DNA from: Thermoplasmata archaeon
GTDB taxonomy: Archaea; Thermoplasmatota; Thermoplasmata; Lutacidiplasmatales; UBA184
Reading direction: 5' to 3'
Assembly (NCBI GenBank): GCA_022750195.1
Contig: JAKIWE010000005.1
Span: forward strand, 99,531-163,530
DNA length: 64,000 nucleotides
Shown: positions 1-9,583 of the stretch, in pieces
Position numbering within the stretch: position 1 is the stretch's first letter
How the letters are laid out: each line of letters opens with the position of its first letter
Notes under the pieces: model-generated
Databases searched by the model: none
Told to the model about the DNA's origin: nothing
Seen by the model: only the letters and a program-made list of their open reading frames with translations
Made by a program: the position numbers and the translations under genes

Positions 1-138
1 GTCCCGTAGCCGTTGACAGCGACCCGTACCTTCATCGCGACCGGTCCCGGCGCGGTCGAGCCGGAGCGGGATAAAAGGCGTGGCGGCGCTCCGGCCCCGG
101 AGGCATTATGCGCCGCTCGCCGTGAGGACGCACGCACC

Positions 139-1323
139 ATGGAGTTCCAGCTCAGCGGCGAGGAGGCCGCGTTCCAGGAGGCGGTGCGCAAGTTCGGGGA
201 CAAGGTCCTCCGCCCCGCCGAGAGGACGATCGATCGCGAGGGCCGGATACCGGACACGGTCCTGGCGGAGATGGCCCACCTCGGACTGCTCGCCATGCCG
301 GTCCCTTCCGAGTTCGGTGGATTGGGTGCCTCCGCCGTCCTTACGGAGCTCGCCGCCGAGGAGATCGGTCGGGGGGACTTCTCGATGGCCACGGCCGTCT
401 TCTTCCTCCTCGAGGCGGGGTGGGGATGGGTGCTCAGCCAGCACGGCACGGCCGAAGCGAAGCGCGAGGTCCTCCCGGCGGTTTGCGCGGGGAAGGCGTT
501 CCTCGGTATTGCGACCACCGAACCGTCCGGAGGCAGCGATCTCGCCAACATGCGGACCCGGTCGCATCGGGAAGGATCCGAGTTCGTCATCCGTGGGGAG
601 AAATCGTTCCTCTCCGGGGTGGAGGAAGCAAAACGACTCGGCGGTGGCCATCTGACCCTCACGCGCGCCGCCGACGGCTTCAATTTTCTCTACGTCCCGA
701 CGAACTCCCCCGGTGTCTCGACCCAGAAGTTCGAGAACATGGGTCGCATGGGCATCTCGACCGGGGCGATCACCTACGACGATGTCCGGGTTCCTGAGCG
801 ATACCTGATCGGGACGGAGGGGCACGGCTTCGACGTCGCGATGGAAGGGTTCAACGTCGCTCGGACGTTCGTGTCGGCGGCCTGCGTCGGAGCGGCCGAG
901 CGGGCGCTAGCGACCGGGACCGACTACATCCGGGAGCGCAAGGCGTTCGGCAGCCCCCTCGGGAAGTTCGAGGGGATCCAGTTCGAGCTCGTCGATCTGT
1001 TCACGCAGGTCGAGGCGGTCAAGTGGCAGTGCCGTCGCGCCGCCTGGCTCGTGGACCGGTACCTCGGGGGCGACACGACCGTGCGCTCGGAGATGGTCCG
1101 TGCCGTCGCCTCGGTGAAGCTCACCGCGCCGCCGATCGCCTTCGAGTGCGTCAAGCGGGTCATGATGTGGTTCGGGGCGGCCGGGTACACGAAGGACGTG
1201 GGTCTCGAACTGGGGTTCCGCGGCGTCATGTCCTACCTCGTCGGCGCCGAAGGCGGTCTCAACATCATGCGGATCATCCTCGGTCGAGAGCTTCTCGGCA
1301 AGGAGTTCGTGCCCTACAAGTGA
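139..1323 (+). CDS. acyl-CoA dehydrogenase family protein
   Basis: Track ORF 13..1323 has an ACAD-like layout, including TTEPSGGSDL and a C-terminal helical bundle ending GGLNIMRIILGRELLG. I placed the start at ATG 139 (MEFQLSGEE) because the 42 upstream codons are Arg/Ala/Pro-rich filler. Confidence 0.85.
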   Translation: MEFQLSGEEAAFQEAVRKFGDKVLRPAERTIDREGRIPDTVLAEMAHLGLLAMPVPSEFGGLGASAVLTELAAEEIGRGDFSMATAVFFLLEAGWGWVLSQHGTAEAKREVLPAVCAGKAFLGIATTEPSGGSDLANMRTRSHREGSEFVIRGEKSFLSGVEEAKRLGGGHLTLTRAADGFNFLYVPTNSPGVSTQKFENMGRMGISTGAITYDDVRVPERYLIGTEGHGFDVAMEGFNVARTFVSAACVGAAERALATGTDYIRERKAFGSPLGKFEGIQFELVDLFTQVEAVKWQCRRAAWLVDRYLGGDTTVRSEMVRAVASVKLTAPPIAFECVKRVMMWFGAAGYTKDVGLELGFRGVMSYLVGAEGGLNIMRIILGRELLGKEFVPYK

Positions 1324-2300
1324 GCGCGCCGCGCCGGCCCCGCCCTGCCCGTCTCAACGAGCGCGCCTTCCACCGCTGGCTTCAGCAACATCTTCCGGCG
1401 GGCCGACGGGGTCCGTTGCCGTTGGGCGACGATGCCGCCGCGCTCCCTCTCTCCGGCAACAAGGTGCTGTTGCTCTCCAGCGATGCGCTGATCGAAGGGA
1501 CCCATTTCCTCCCACAAACGCCGCCCCGAGCGGTGGGCGAAGCGGCCGCGAACGTCAACCTGAGCGACATCGCCGCCAAGGGGGGGAGACCCACCGCCCT
1601 CTTGCTGGACCTCCTCATCCGACCGGCCACCCCTCTCGCCTGGGGGGTCGCCGTCGTCGAAGGCGCCGAAGCGGCCGCAGCCCGGTGGGGCGCGCACGTC
1701 GTCGGGGGGGACACGAAACCGTCTCGAACCCCGGCCGTCGTCGTCACCGTCATCGGACACGGCGACCGGGAGCACCTCGCCCCTCGCTCCGGCGCCCGTT
1801 CGGGGGATCTCCTGGTCGTGACCGGCCCCGTCGGCCGAGGAGGCGCGGCGGCGCTTCCGCTGCGTCGCGGCCGCCTCACGGACGAGGAGCTCCGAACGCT
1901 CGTGGACGTGCATCCCCGCGTGAGGGAGGGGCCGGTGCTCGCCCGGTTCGCCCACGCCATGATCGACACCTCCGATGGGCTCGCGGACGCGGCGCACCTG
2001 CTGGCGGAAGCGAGCCACGTGCAAGTGACGATCGATGCGGCCGCGATCCCCATCACCCCGCGACTTCGCGGTCGACTCCGCGGAGCCAAGGCGGAACTCG
2101 AGGCGGCGTTCTACGGCGGAGACTACGAGCTCCTCGCCGCGCTGGCTCCGAAGGAGCTGTCGATGGCTCGCCGTCGGCTCGCCCAGTTCGGTTGCCCGCT
2201 CACGGTCGTCGGCCGCGTGGCGAAGGGACGCGGCGCTCGCCTGGACATCGGAGGACGGCTTCGACCGCTCCCCCGAGCCGGCTGGCGACCGCTAGGGTAG
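1320..2300 (+). CDS. thiL: thiamine-monophosphate kinase (PurM/AIR-synthase-like fold)
   Basis: This is the 3' part of track ORF 1023..2300. Motifs seen are LGDDAAAL, DALIEGTHF, NLSDIAAKGG and VVGGDT. GTG 1320 overlaps the upstream stop (GTGA). The start is uncertain. Confidence 0.7.
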   Translation: MSAPRRPRPARLNERAFHRWLQQHLPAGRRGPLPLGDDAAALPLSGNKVLLLSSDALIEGTHFLPQTPPRAVGEAAANVNLSDIAAKGGRPTALLLDLLIRPATPLAWGVAVVEGAEAAAARWGAHVVGGDTKPSRTPAVVVTVIGHGDREHLAPRSGARSGDLLVVTGPVGRGGAAALPLRRGRLTDEELRTLVDVHPRVREGPVLARFAHAMIDTSDGLADAAHLLAEASHVQVTIDAAAIPITPRLRGRLRGAKAELEAAFYGGDYELLAALAPKELSMARRRLAQFGCPLTVVGRVAKGRGARLDIGGRLRPLPRAGWRPLG

Positions 2301-2336
2301 CCCCTCGCCGGGGCCGCCTCTGACGTTCCGCCACCG

Positions 2337-2347
2337 CTTTGAATAGG
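2337..2347 (+). promoter_or_regulatory. TATA-like box (CTTTGAATAGG) upstream of the ABC ATPase gene
   Basis: This is the only A/T-rich stretch in a GC-rich spacer. It is centred about 23 nt before GTG 2365. Confidence 0.45.
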
Positions 2348-2364
2348 CCCCGTCCGGGACGGCC

Positions 2365-3285
2365 GTGCCGGTCCTCGAAGCGGAGCACGTCGCCAAGACG
2401 TACACGGGTCGCCGGGGCGTGGTCCGCGCCCTCGACGACGTGTCGCTCTCCATCGAGAAGGGGCGGCTCTTCGCGTTCCTCGGGCGGAACGGGGCGGGCA
2501 AGACGACGTTCATCAAGATCGCCGCGACCTTGCTCCTACCGACCGCCGGCGTCGTGCGCCTGTTCGGGGAGGATGTCGTTCAATCGCCGCGCGCCGTGCG
2601 TCCTCACATCGCCCTCGTGCCCCAGGAGGGCCGACCGTTCTTCCACCTGACCCCGCGCGAGCACGTGGAGGAGTACCTGCGGACCCGGGGGGCCTCCCGA
2701 GAGAGCGCCGTAGCGCGCTCCGATGCGATCATCCACGCGATGGGCCTCCGTCCGTTCGCCGACGAGCCGGCGTTCCGGCTCTCCGGCGGTGTCCAGCAGC
2801 GGACGCTCGTCGCCATGATCTTGGCGACCCAGGCGCCGTTCCTCTTCCTCGACGAGCCGACGCTCGGGATGGACCCGTTCGCCCGACGCCAGGTCTGGGA
2901 GGTGATCCGCACCGCCACCCGGTCCGGTTCGACGGTCCTCCTCACGACCCACTATCTCGACGAGGCCGAGCAGCTGAGCGAGGAGCTCGCAGTGATCGAG
3001 GGCGGTCACCTCCTCTACCGTGGCGCCGCCGAGCAGCTGAAGGCGAAGGTCGGCCGCGAGGTCCGATTGCAATTCTCCGGCGGCTTCGAGGAGTCCGAGC
3101 TCGCGCCGTACGGCCGCGTGCTCAAGGAGCGGGACCGGACCACCCTGCTCACGACCCGGAAAGCGGCGGCCGAATTCACGGACCGCGCCCTAGGCCGGGG
3201 GATCGCCGTGAGCGTCGGGCCGGTGACCCTCGAGGAAGCGTTCCTCGAGCTCGTCGGACGCGGGATCGAGGAGGACGAGGCATGA
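2365..3285 (+). CDS. ABC transporter ATP-binding protein (ABC-2/DrrA-like)
   Basis: Walker A GRNGAGKTT, signature LSGGVQQR and Walker B FLFLDEPTLGMD are present. A TATA-like box lies about 23 nt upstream of GTG 2365. Confidence 0.9.
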   Translation: MPVLEAEHVAKTYTGRRGVVRALDDVSLSIEKGRLFAFLGRNGAGKTTFIKIAATLLLPTAGVVRLFGEDVVQSPRAVRPHIALVPQEGRPFFHLTPREHVEEYLRTRGASRESAVARSDAIIHAMGLRPFADEPAFRLSGGVQQRTLVAMILATQAPFLFLDEPTLGMDPFARRQVWEVIRTATRSGSTVLLTTHYLDEAEQLSEELAVIEGGHLLYRGAAEQLKAKVGREVRLQFSGGFEESELAPYGRVLKERDRTTLLTTRKAAAEFTDRALGRGIAVSVGPVTLEEAFLELVGRGIEEDEA

Positions 3286-4046
3286 GCTTCCGTTCGCAGC
3301 TCAACGCGGTCTGGAGGATCTGTTACTTCAACGGCTTGATCCCGCTGGGCCGCCAGCCCCTGCTCACCGCCGCGGTGTTCCTCACGCCGTTCAGCTTCCT
3401 GTTCTTCCTCTACGTGATCGCCCCCCCAGCGCTGTTCCCGTACGGCGTGGTCGGCGGGGTGCTGTTCACCGCCCTCTTCACCGGTAACGGGATGCTCAAC
3501 GACTGCGCCTACCTCCGCCTCGAGCGCCAGCTCCAGCCGATCTTCGTGGCGAGCCCGGTGCGCCCGATCGCCTACGTGCTCGGCATGGCGCTGAGCGAGC
3601 TCGCCTTCACGATCCCGGCGCTCGGGCTCTTCCTGGGGATCCTCGAGCTCGTGCACCCGCTCGCCGCGGTGACCCTCGCCGCGCTGCTCGGGGTCGCCCT
3701 GATCACCTGGCTCATGGCGACGACCCTCGGGTTCCTCATCTCCACGTTCTTCCGCCAGCTGCGGGAGATCTGGCCGATCGGCACGCTGACGTTCTCGACC
3801 CTCGCAGTGCTTCCGCCGGTCTTCTACCCCCTCGGCGTGATCAGTGGCCCGTACCGGTGGGTCGCGTTCCTGGCCCCGTCGACCTATCCGGCCCAGCTCG
3901 CCGACAAGGCGGTCGGGCTCGGAGGGTCGACGACCATCACCCCCGGCTATCTCGGAGACCCCCTGGTCGAGCTCGGCGTGCTCGGGGTGATCACCGTCCT
4001 CTTTGCCCTCGCCTCGGTCACCCTGGCACGGTGGCGCGAGCCGTAG
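3282..4046 (+). CDS. ABC-2 type transporter permease
   Basis: The protein has about six hydrophobic spans. Its ATG overlaps the ATPase stop (ATGA). Confidence 0.75.
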   Translation: MSFRSQLNAVWRICYFNGLIPLGRQPLLTAAVFLTPFSFLFFLYVIAPPALFPYGVVGGVLFTALFTGNGMLNDCAYLRLERQLQPIFVASPVRPIAYVLGMALSELAFTIPALGLFLGILELVHPLAAVTLAALLGVALITWLMATTLGFLISTFFRQLREIWPIGTLTFSTLAVLPPVFYPLGVISGPYRWVAFLAPSTYPAQLADKAVGLGGSTTITPGYLGDPLVELGVLGVITVLFALASVTLARWREP

Positions 4047-4135
4047 CCCGTACCTCGGCGTCGCACGGGGCCACTCCCGGCCCGGGTAGCTTGAAGTAGC
4101 CTAGCCAATCTCGCCGGCGCCCCTTGGGGTCGTAG

Positions 4136-5398
4136 ATGCCAGCGGATACGAGCACCATCAATCCGTTCGAGACCGCCCGAAAGCAGATCGACATCGTCGC
4201 CGACCTCCTCAAGCTGAACGGGGGCACCCGCGAGATCCTGAAGAGCCCGAAGCGGGAGCTGACGGTCAATTTCCCGGTGAGGATGGACGACGGTTCGTAC
4301 CGCGTCTTCCAGGGCCACCGGGTCCAGTACAACATGGCCCGAGGACCGACGAAGGGCGGGATCCGCTACCACCCCCAGGTCACCCTGGACGAGGTTCGGG
4401 CGCTCGCCGCGTGGATGACGTGGAAGTGCGCCGTCGTGAACCTGCCGTACGGCGGCGGAAAGGGCGGGGTCGTCTGCGACCCGAAGAAGATGAGCCAGGG
4501 CGAGCTCGAACGGCTGACCCGTCGCTACGCGCTCGAGATCGCACCCCTGATCGGCCCGGAGATGGACATCCCGGCGCCGGACGTCTACACCGACTCCCAG
4601 ACGATGTCGTGGATCATGGACACCTACTCGATGATGAAGGGGTTCAGCGTCCCGGGCGTCGTCACGGGCAAGCCGATCTCTCTCGGCGGCAGCGAGGGGC
4701 GCGGAGAGGCGACCGGTCGCGGCTGCGCCTACGTCATCCGCGAGGCCGCGCCGCACGCGGGCGTCTCGATGAAGGGCGCGAGCGTCGCGGTCCAAGGGTT
4801 CGGCAACGCCGGTAGCGTCACCGCGAAGCTGCTCCACGATGACCAGGGCGCGAAGATCATCGCCTTGTCGGACTCGCGCGGCGGCATCACGAACTCCGCC
4901 GGACTCGACCCGCACAAGGTCGAGGCGCACAAGGCGAAGACCGGCACCGTGCTCGGGTTCCCGGGCGCGAAGCCGATCTCCAACACCGAGATCCTCGAGC
5001 TGAAGTGCGACGTGCTCGTCCCGGCGGCGCTCGAGAACCAGATCACGGCGAAGAACGCCTCGAAGATCCAGGCAAAGATCGTCGCCGAGGCCGCGAACGG
5101 ACCGACGACCCCCGAAGCGGACGAGGTCCTGTTCGAAAAGAAGATCACCGTCCTGCCCGACATCCTCGCGAACGCCGGCGGCGTCACGGTGAGCTACTTC
5201 GAATGGGCCCAGGACATCCAGGGGTTCTTCTGGCCGCTCGCCGAGGTCAACCAGCGGCTCGAGCGGGTGATGGTCCACTCCTACGGTGAGGTCCACCGGG
5301 TCGCGACCGAGCGGAAGGTCCACAACCGGACGGCCGCGTACGTCGTGGCGATCCAGCGGGTCGTCGACGCGATCAAGATCCGCGGCATCTTCCCGTAG
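4136..5398 (+). CDS. gdhA: glutamate dehydrogenase
   Basis: It carries the Glu/Leu/Phe/Val dehydrogenase active-site region KGGIRYHP...VNLPYGGGKGGV and the dinucleotide fold VAVQGFGNAG. The length of 420 aa fits. Confidence 0.95.
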   Translation: MPADTSTINPFETARKQIDIVADLLKLNGGTREILKSPKRELTVNFPVRMDDGSYRVFQGHRVQYNMARGPTKGGIRYHPQVTLDEVRALAAWMTWKCAVVNLPYGGGKGGVVCDPKKMSQGELERLTRRYALEIAPLIGPEMDIPAPDVYTDSQTMSWIMDTYSMMKGFSVPGVVTGKPISLGGSEGRGEATGRGCAYVIREAAPHAGVSMKGASVAVQGFGNAGSVTAKLLHDDQGAKIIALSDSRGGITNSAGLDPHKVEAHKAKTGTVLGFPGAKPISNTEILELKCDVLVPAALENQITAKNASKIQAKIVAEAANGPTTPEADEVLFEKKITVLPDILANAGGVTVSYFEWAQDIQGFFWPLAEVNQRLERVMVHSYGEVHRVATERKVHNRTAAYVVAIQRVVDAIKIRGIFP

Positions 5399-5431
5399 GC
5401 CGAAGGCCGCGGCACCGCCTCTTCCCGCGCG

Positions 5432-6082
5432 ATGCCCGAGTTCCCCCGCTGCCGGCTCGCGAGCTGGGAGGACGCGGACCGGTGGAGCGCCCGGCTCGCC
5501 GAGCGTATCCGCGAGGTCGACCGGGTCCCGGAGGTCATCGTCGGGCTGACCCGCGGTGGCTGGGTCCCCGCCCGACTGCTCGCGGACCACCTCGGCGTCA
5601 AACGGCTCCTGCCCGTGACGGCGCAGCACTGGGGGCTCACGGCCACGCGCAGCGGCTCCGCCGAGATCACCGAGGACCTGCACGGATCGATCGACGGCGC
5701 GACGGTGCTCCTGGTCGACGACATTACCGACACGGGCGAGAGCCTCGAGCTGGCGACCCAGCACGTCGCGGCCCGGCATCCCGCGCGGGTCGAGAGCGCC
5801 GCGTTCCTGCACATCGGCCACTCGAAGTTCGTCCCTACCTACTACGCCGAGGAGATCCCCCGCGGGTCGTGGGTGTGGGTCATCTTCCCCTGGAACTACT
5901 GGGAGGATGTCCGTCAACTGGTGGCGCGCGCGTACGAAGAGACCCGCGACGTCGACGCCGTACGCCAGCGACTGCTCGAACGATGCGGACTCGACCTGCC
6001 GAGGGAGCACGTGGCCCGTACGATGCCTGCCCCGGTCGCTGCGCTCGCTTCCACGGCGAGCGCCGGTCGCGACGGTCCCTGA
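5432..6082 (+). CDS. purine phosphoribosyltransferase (Hpt/Gpt-like)
   Basis: It has the PRPP-binding motif VLLVDDITDTGES and an N-terminal GLTRGGWVPARLLA loop. Confidence 0.75.
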   Translation: MPEFPRCRLASWEDADRWSARLAERIREVDRVPEVIVGLTRGGWVPARLLADHLGVKRLLPVTAQHWGLTATRSGSAEITEDLHGSIDGATVLLVDDITDTGESLELATQHVAARHPARVESAAFLHIGHSKFVPTYYAEEIPRGSWVWVIFPWNYWEDVRQLVARAYEETRDVDAVRQRLLERCGLDLPREHVARTMPAPVAALASTASAGRDGP

Positions 6083-6103
6083 CCCTCGATCGCGTGGGGA
6101 ACG

Positions 6104-7195
6104 CTACCCGGCCGGCGCGGAACCGACGTCGGCGACGGGGCGTCGCGCTCGAAGGTACTGGTAGAGCACGTTCGCACCTATCACGATGCTGAGACCGAGC
6201 ACGATCGTTCCGATGATGAACAGCAGCTGCACCGAGCTGGAGAGCCCTTCGAGGTAGCCCACCAGGAAGAGCAGGCCGTAGCTCAGGATGCCGATCCCCG
6301 CGATCGAGGTGGTCGCGATCGGGTAGGAACGGGGCAACCGGCCCCGGCTGAGGTACCAGCGGATCGCCCGGCCACTCTCCCAGATGCCAGCGCCGAAGAG
6401 CCACCAGATGAGGCCGGCCCGAAGAAAGAGGAGGATGCGAGCGATCGGCTCGAGGTTGGGGCTCCCGACGTAGCTGTTGTAGCCGTACAGGAAGCCGACG
6501 CCTACGAGCGTGATGGCGAACAGGCCAAAGCCGAACGCCGCCGAACCCTGACGGATGTCCGTCGACGCCGACCGGATCGAATCGATGACCGCCTCGTCAA
6601 TATCGAACGTCCAGAAGATCAGGTAGATCCCCAGCAGGATCGACAGTCCGATCACCCCGAGCCAGATGATCCCGGCGGCCGCCGCGACCCCGAGGATCAG
6701 GAGCACGAGGGCGAACGGCAGCACCGTCTTCGCGCGCAGCTTGGGGTCCTTGAGGGCCCGGACGATCGTGTAGTAGGTCGATTCCAGGCTCGCGCTCTGC
6801 CGGATGTACACCCGGTGGACCCCGTCGATCTTGACGCGTGAGGCCAGGATCGGAAAGAGATACTCATCCTCCGCCCCGTCGCTGATGAGGTGAGCCGAGG
6901 TCGCCGGGATCTCCCGGAGGACCCGGTCGAACTGCTCGCCGACGCGACGGTCGGAGAGCACGCCGACCTTCGGGGAGCCCGTGAGGACGACCAGCTCGCA
7001 CTCGTCGCCCACCTTCTTGAGCTCGTCATACAGGCGCACCCCGGCGAGCATCGCGTTCGTGTCGGAGTCCTCCGGGTCGGCCGTCCCGAGCGCCAGCGCG
7101 GCCGCCAGGACCGCAGCCCGTCCGACGACCGGGCCGGTGACCCCAGCCTTCCGGCCCAGGTCGTCGTCGCGGTCAACGCAGACCACGAGCCGCAT
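6104..7195 (-). CDS. DUF373-family archaeal membrane protein
   Basis: A soluble N-terminal domain (MRLVVCVDRDDDLGRKAGV...) is followed by about 7 TM helices. The family assignment is from memory of the DUF373 N-terminal signature. Confidence 0.7.
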   Translation of the reverse strand: MRLVVCVDRDDDLGRKAGVTGPVVGRAAVLAAALALGTADPEDSDTNAMLAGVRLYDELKKVGDECELVVLTGSPKVGVLSDRRVGEQFDRVLREIPATSAHLISDGAEDEYLFPILASRVKIDGVHRVYIRQSASLESTYYTIVRALKDPKLRAKTVLPFALVLLILGVAAAAGIIWLGVIGLSILLGIYLIFWTFDIDEAVIDSIRSASTDIRQGSAAFGFGLFAITLVGVGFLYGYNSYVGSPNLEPIARILLFLRAGLIWWLFGAGIWESGRAIRWYLSRGRLPRSYPIATTSIAGIGILSYGLLFLVGYLEGLSSSVQLLFIIGTIVLGLSIVIGANVLYQYLRARRPVADVGSAPAG

Positions 7196-7290
7196 GGCGG
7201 GCTATCATGGGGACGTCGAAGCTTAACGCCTTGCGTGGCGCACGACCCGACCGGGAACGGGCGCGCCCGCCCGGCGCCCTCCGAGCGCAG

Positions 7291-7300
7291 GGTTATAGTC
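7291..7300 (+). promoter_or_regulatory. TATA-like box (GGTTATAGTC) upstream of proS
   Basis: It is centred about 31 nt before ATG 7326. The same GGTTATAG core recurs at 25764. Confidence 0.5.
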
Positions 7301-7325
7301 CGCAGCCCGCCCTGACCGCCGGACG

Positions 7326-8753
7326 ATGGCCGAGCTTCCCCCGAAAGCGAAGGGGTTCATCGACTGGTACCTCGCGGCGGTCGACGCCGCGAACCTCACC
7401 GACAAGCGGTACCCGGTCAAGGGGATGAACGTCTGGACCCCATACGGGTTCCTCGCTCGCCGCAACCTGGACGCGGTCATGATCCGGGCCATCGAAGGGA
7501 CCGGTTCGCAGCCCGTCGAGTTCCCCGCCTTGATCCCGAATACCGAGTTCCAGAAGGAGAAGGAGCACATCAAGGGGTTCGACGCGCAGGTCTACTGGGT
7601 GACCCGGGGCGGGGCGACCCCGCTCGATGTCGAGCTCGTTCTCCGTCCGACGAGCGAGACGGCGATGTATCCGGTCTTCGCGCTGTGGGTTCGTTCCCAC
7701 CGCGACCTTCCGCTCAACGTCTACCAGATCGTCAACATCTTTCGCTACGAGACGAAGACGACCCGGCCGTTCATCCGGGTGCGCGAGATCCATTTCCTCG
7801 AGGAACACAGCTGCCAGGTCGACGAGGCCGCCGCCGCCGAGCGGGTCCGGTCGAACGTGGCGGCGTTCGGGGTCATGGCCCACGACTTCGCTCTCCCCTT
7901 CGCGGCGGTACGCCGGCCGGAGTGGGACAAGTTCCCGGGCGCCCACTACAGCGTCGCCTTCGACATCCCCGTCGGGGAGGCACGCACGCTGCAGATCGGG
8001 ACCGCGCACCACTACCGGGAGAACTTCTCCGGCCCGTACGGGATCAAGTACGAGGCCTCCGACGGCTCCACGAAGCTCGTCCACCAGACGACCTTTGGCC
8101 TCTCGGAACGGCTGATCGGGGCGATCGTCGCCGTCCACGGGGACGACAAGGGGGTGGTCTTCCCTTCGGCGATCGCGCCGTACCAGGTCGTCGTGATCCC
8201 GATCGCGGGCGGCAAATCGGCCGCGCCCCCGATCGACGCCGCCCGCACGATCGCGGAGCGGCTCACGGCGCGGGGCCTCCGCGTCCACTTGGACGACGGG
8301 CCGGACCGTCCGGGGGCGAAGTACTACCACTGGGAGGGCGCCGGCGTTCCGCTGCGTCTGGAGGTCGGGCCCCGCGAGGCCGCCAAAGGCGAGGCGACCT
8401 GCGTCAACCGGCTCGGCGAGCGAAGCACGGTCGGGGCCGACCAGTTCGAGGCGACCGTACTCGCCCGGCTCGCGGCCTACGACGACGAGCTGCGCGCACG
8501 CGCCACGGAACGGTTCCGCGCCGCCTTCGAGATCGCCAGCTCGCTGGACGAGCTGAAGTCGTCGACCCACGTCCGGGTCGTCGCCTGGTGCGGCGACGAG
8601 GCGTGCGGGCATCGCGTCGAGGAGGCGATCGACGGGGCGCTCCTCGGTGTACCGGAGCTCCCCCTCCCGCTCAGGCTCCCTCCCCCGGGGCGATGTATCG
8701 CCTGCGCCTCCGAGAAACCTGTCCAATGGGCCCTAGCCGGCCGACCGCTCTAG
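7326..8753 (+). CDS. proS: proline--tRNA ligase, archaeal/eukaryotic type
   Basis: Class II motifs LRPTSET, FRYETKTTRPFIRVREI and GTAHHYRENF are present, with anticodon-binding VVVIPI and a C-terminal Cys cluster WCGDEACGH...CIAC. Confidence 0.95.
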   Translation: MAELPPKAKGFIDWYLAAVDAANLTDKRYPVKGMNVWTPYGFLARRNLDAVMIRAIEGTGSQPVEFPALIPNTEFQKEKEHIKGFDAQVYWVTRGGATPLDVELVLRPTSETAMYPVFALWVRSHRDLPLNVYQIVNIFRYETKTTRPFIRVREIHFLEEHSCQVDEAAAAERVRSNVAAFGVMAHDFALPFAAVRRPEWDKFPGAHYSVAFDIPVGEARTLQIGTAHHYRENFSGPYGIKYEASDGSTKLVHQTTFGLSERLIGAIVAVHGDDKGVVFPSAIAPYQVVVIPIAGGKSAAPPIDAARTIAERLTARGLRVHLDDGPDRPGAKYYHWEGAGVPLRLEVGPREAAKGEATCVNRLGERSTVGADQFEATVLARLAAYDDELRARATERFRAAFEIASSLDELKSSTHVRVVAWCGDEACGHRVEEAIDGALLGVPELPLPLRLPPPGRCIACASEKPVQWALAGRPL

Positions 8754-8780
8754 GCCCTCGGTCGGGCGGTGGCACCGCGC

Positions 8781-9032
8781 CTAGGTCGGCGGTGCGGCGA
8801 CCACCGGCGGGTTCGGCAACACGAGCCACATGCCGGCGAGCCCGAACAGCTCGAAGACGATGACCACGGCGTAGACGCCGTTGTCGATCCAGACCCCGAA
8901 AGTGAACCCCCACCAGAGATAGAAGACCACGCCGACGATGACCAGGGCTGCGAATCCGAAGAACTCGATCCGACGAAGGAGCGACCAGGGCCGGCGGACC
9001 GGCAGGTCGGGGGTCGCCTTCTCCTCCGCCAT
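8781..9032 (-). CDS. small two-TM membrane protein (hypothetical)
   Basis: This 83-aa ORF has two clear hydrophobic helices (FFGFAALVIVGVVFYLWW and VYAVVIVFELFGLAGMWLV). I recognise no homology. Confidence 0.4.
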   Translation of the reverse strand: MAEEKATPDLPVRRPWSLLRRIEFFGFAALVIVGVVFYLWWGFTFGVWIDNGVYAVVIVFELFGLAGMWLVLPNPPVVAAPPT

Positions 9033-9124
9033 CGACCGAATTCGACCACCGGCTCCTCATAACAGTTCGGCCTCCGTTCCGGCCCTCGGGCGGACGGCGT
9101 GTTCCCCTCGAGGCGGTCGCCTCG

Positions 9125-9427
9125 TCAGATCGAAGGGGCCCGCCGCCGGGCGCGCGCCAGCACAGCGGCGAGGAGAACGCTAACCCCCATGGCCACCAGT
9201 CCCGCGATCTCGGCTGCGAAGCCGATGGGCGTCGGCCCGTTGAGACACTCCGCTGAGGTGGTGCAGTTCTCCGTTCCCGAGCAGCTGGGGGGCGTGCAGT
9301 GCTCGGCGTACCCCGTGGCCGCGCCGCCCACCAAGAGCAAGGCGCCGATCACGAACGCCGCCAGCGAGGCGATGACGTTCGCCCTTCCTGCCGATCGACT
9401 GCGGGCAGGCGGGGGCGCGTCCGGCAT
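9125..9427 (-). CDS. small membrane protein with a four-Cys loop (hypothetical)
   Basis: This 100-aa ORF has two TM helices flanking CTPPSCSGTENCTTSAEC. The overlapping + strand ORF 9099..9455 lacks any such structure. Confidence 0.35.
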   Translation of the reverse strand: MPDAPPPARSRSAGRANVIASLAAFVIGALLLVGGAATGYAEHCTPPSCSGTENCTTSAECLNGPTPIGFAAEIAGLVAMGVSVLLAAVLARARRRAPSI

Positions 9428-9583
9428 TCGGCCGCCGATTCGACCGGCGTACTAGGGTTCACCGGCGTACCGTCCGCCCCAGGTTTCCGCCGATTCCGGT
9501 TGTGCGTCGGACCGTCGAGTCCGGCAAGTTCTTCCGGTCGTCGGAGCCTTTAACCGTGCGACCCGCAGTCTTTCCACCGGTCC

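Noticed and set aside
13-138. N-terminal extensions of track ORFs. Examples are 13-138, 14127-14468, 16436-16591, 17232-17675, 23976-24254, 25735-25926, 27389-27613, 31442-31630 and 47706-48101.
   Set aside because: The extensions overlap neighbouring genes or promoter boxes and are Arg/Pro/Ala-rich. They also precede an internal start that restores the normal length of the family. I trimmed them in the feature table, but the exact starts remain uncertain.
3947-6010. A 687-aa ORF on the minus strand spanning gdhA and the phosphoribosyltransferase gene.
   Set aside because: It is antisense to two ORFs with unmistakable enzyme motifs. Its translation is Arg/Asp/Pro/Gly/Leu-rich with no recognisable domain. 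Long stop-free antisense frames are expected at about 70% GC.
7293-8863. Long ORFs 7293..8726 (-) and 7685..8863 (+) overlapping proS.
   Set aside because: The proS frame has all class II synthetase motifs. The alternatives are Arg/Gly/Pro-rich out-of-frame or antisense artefacts.
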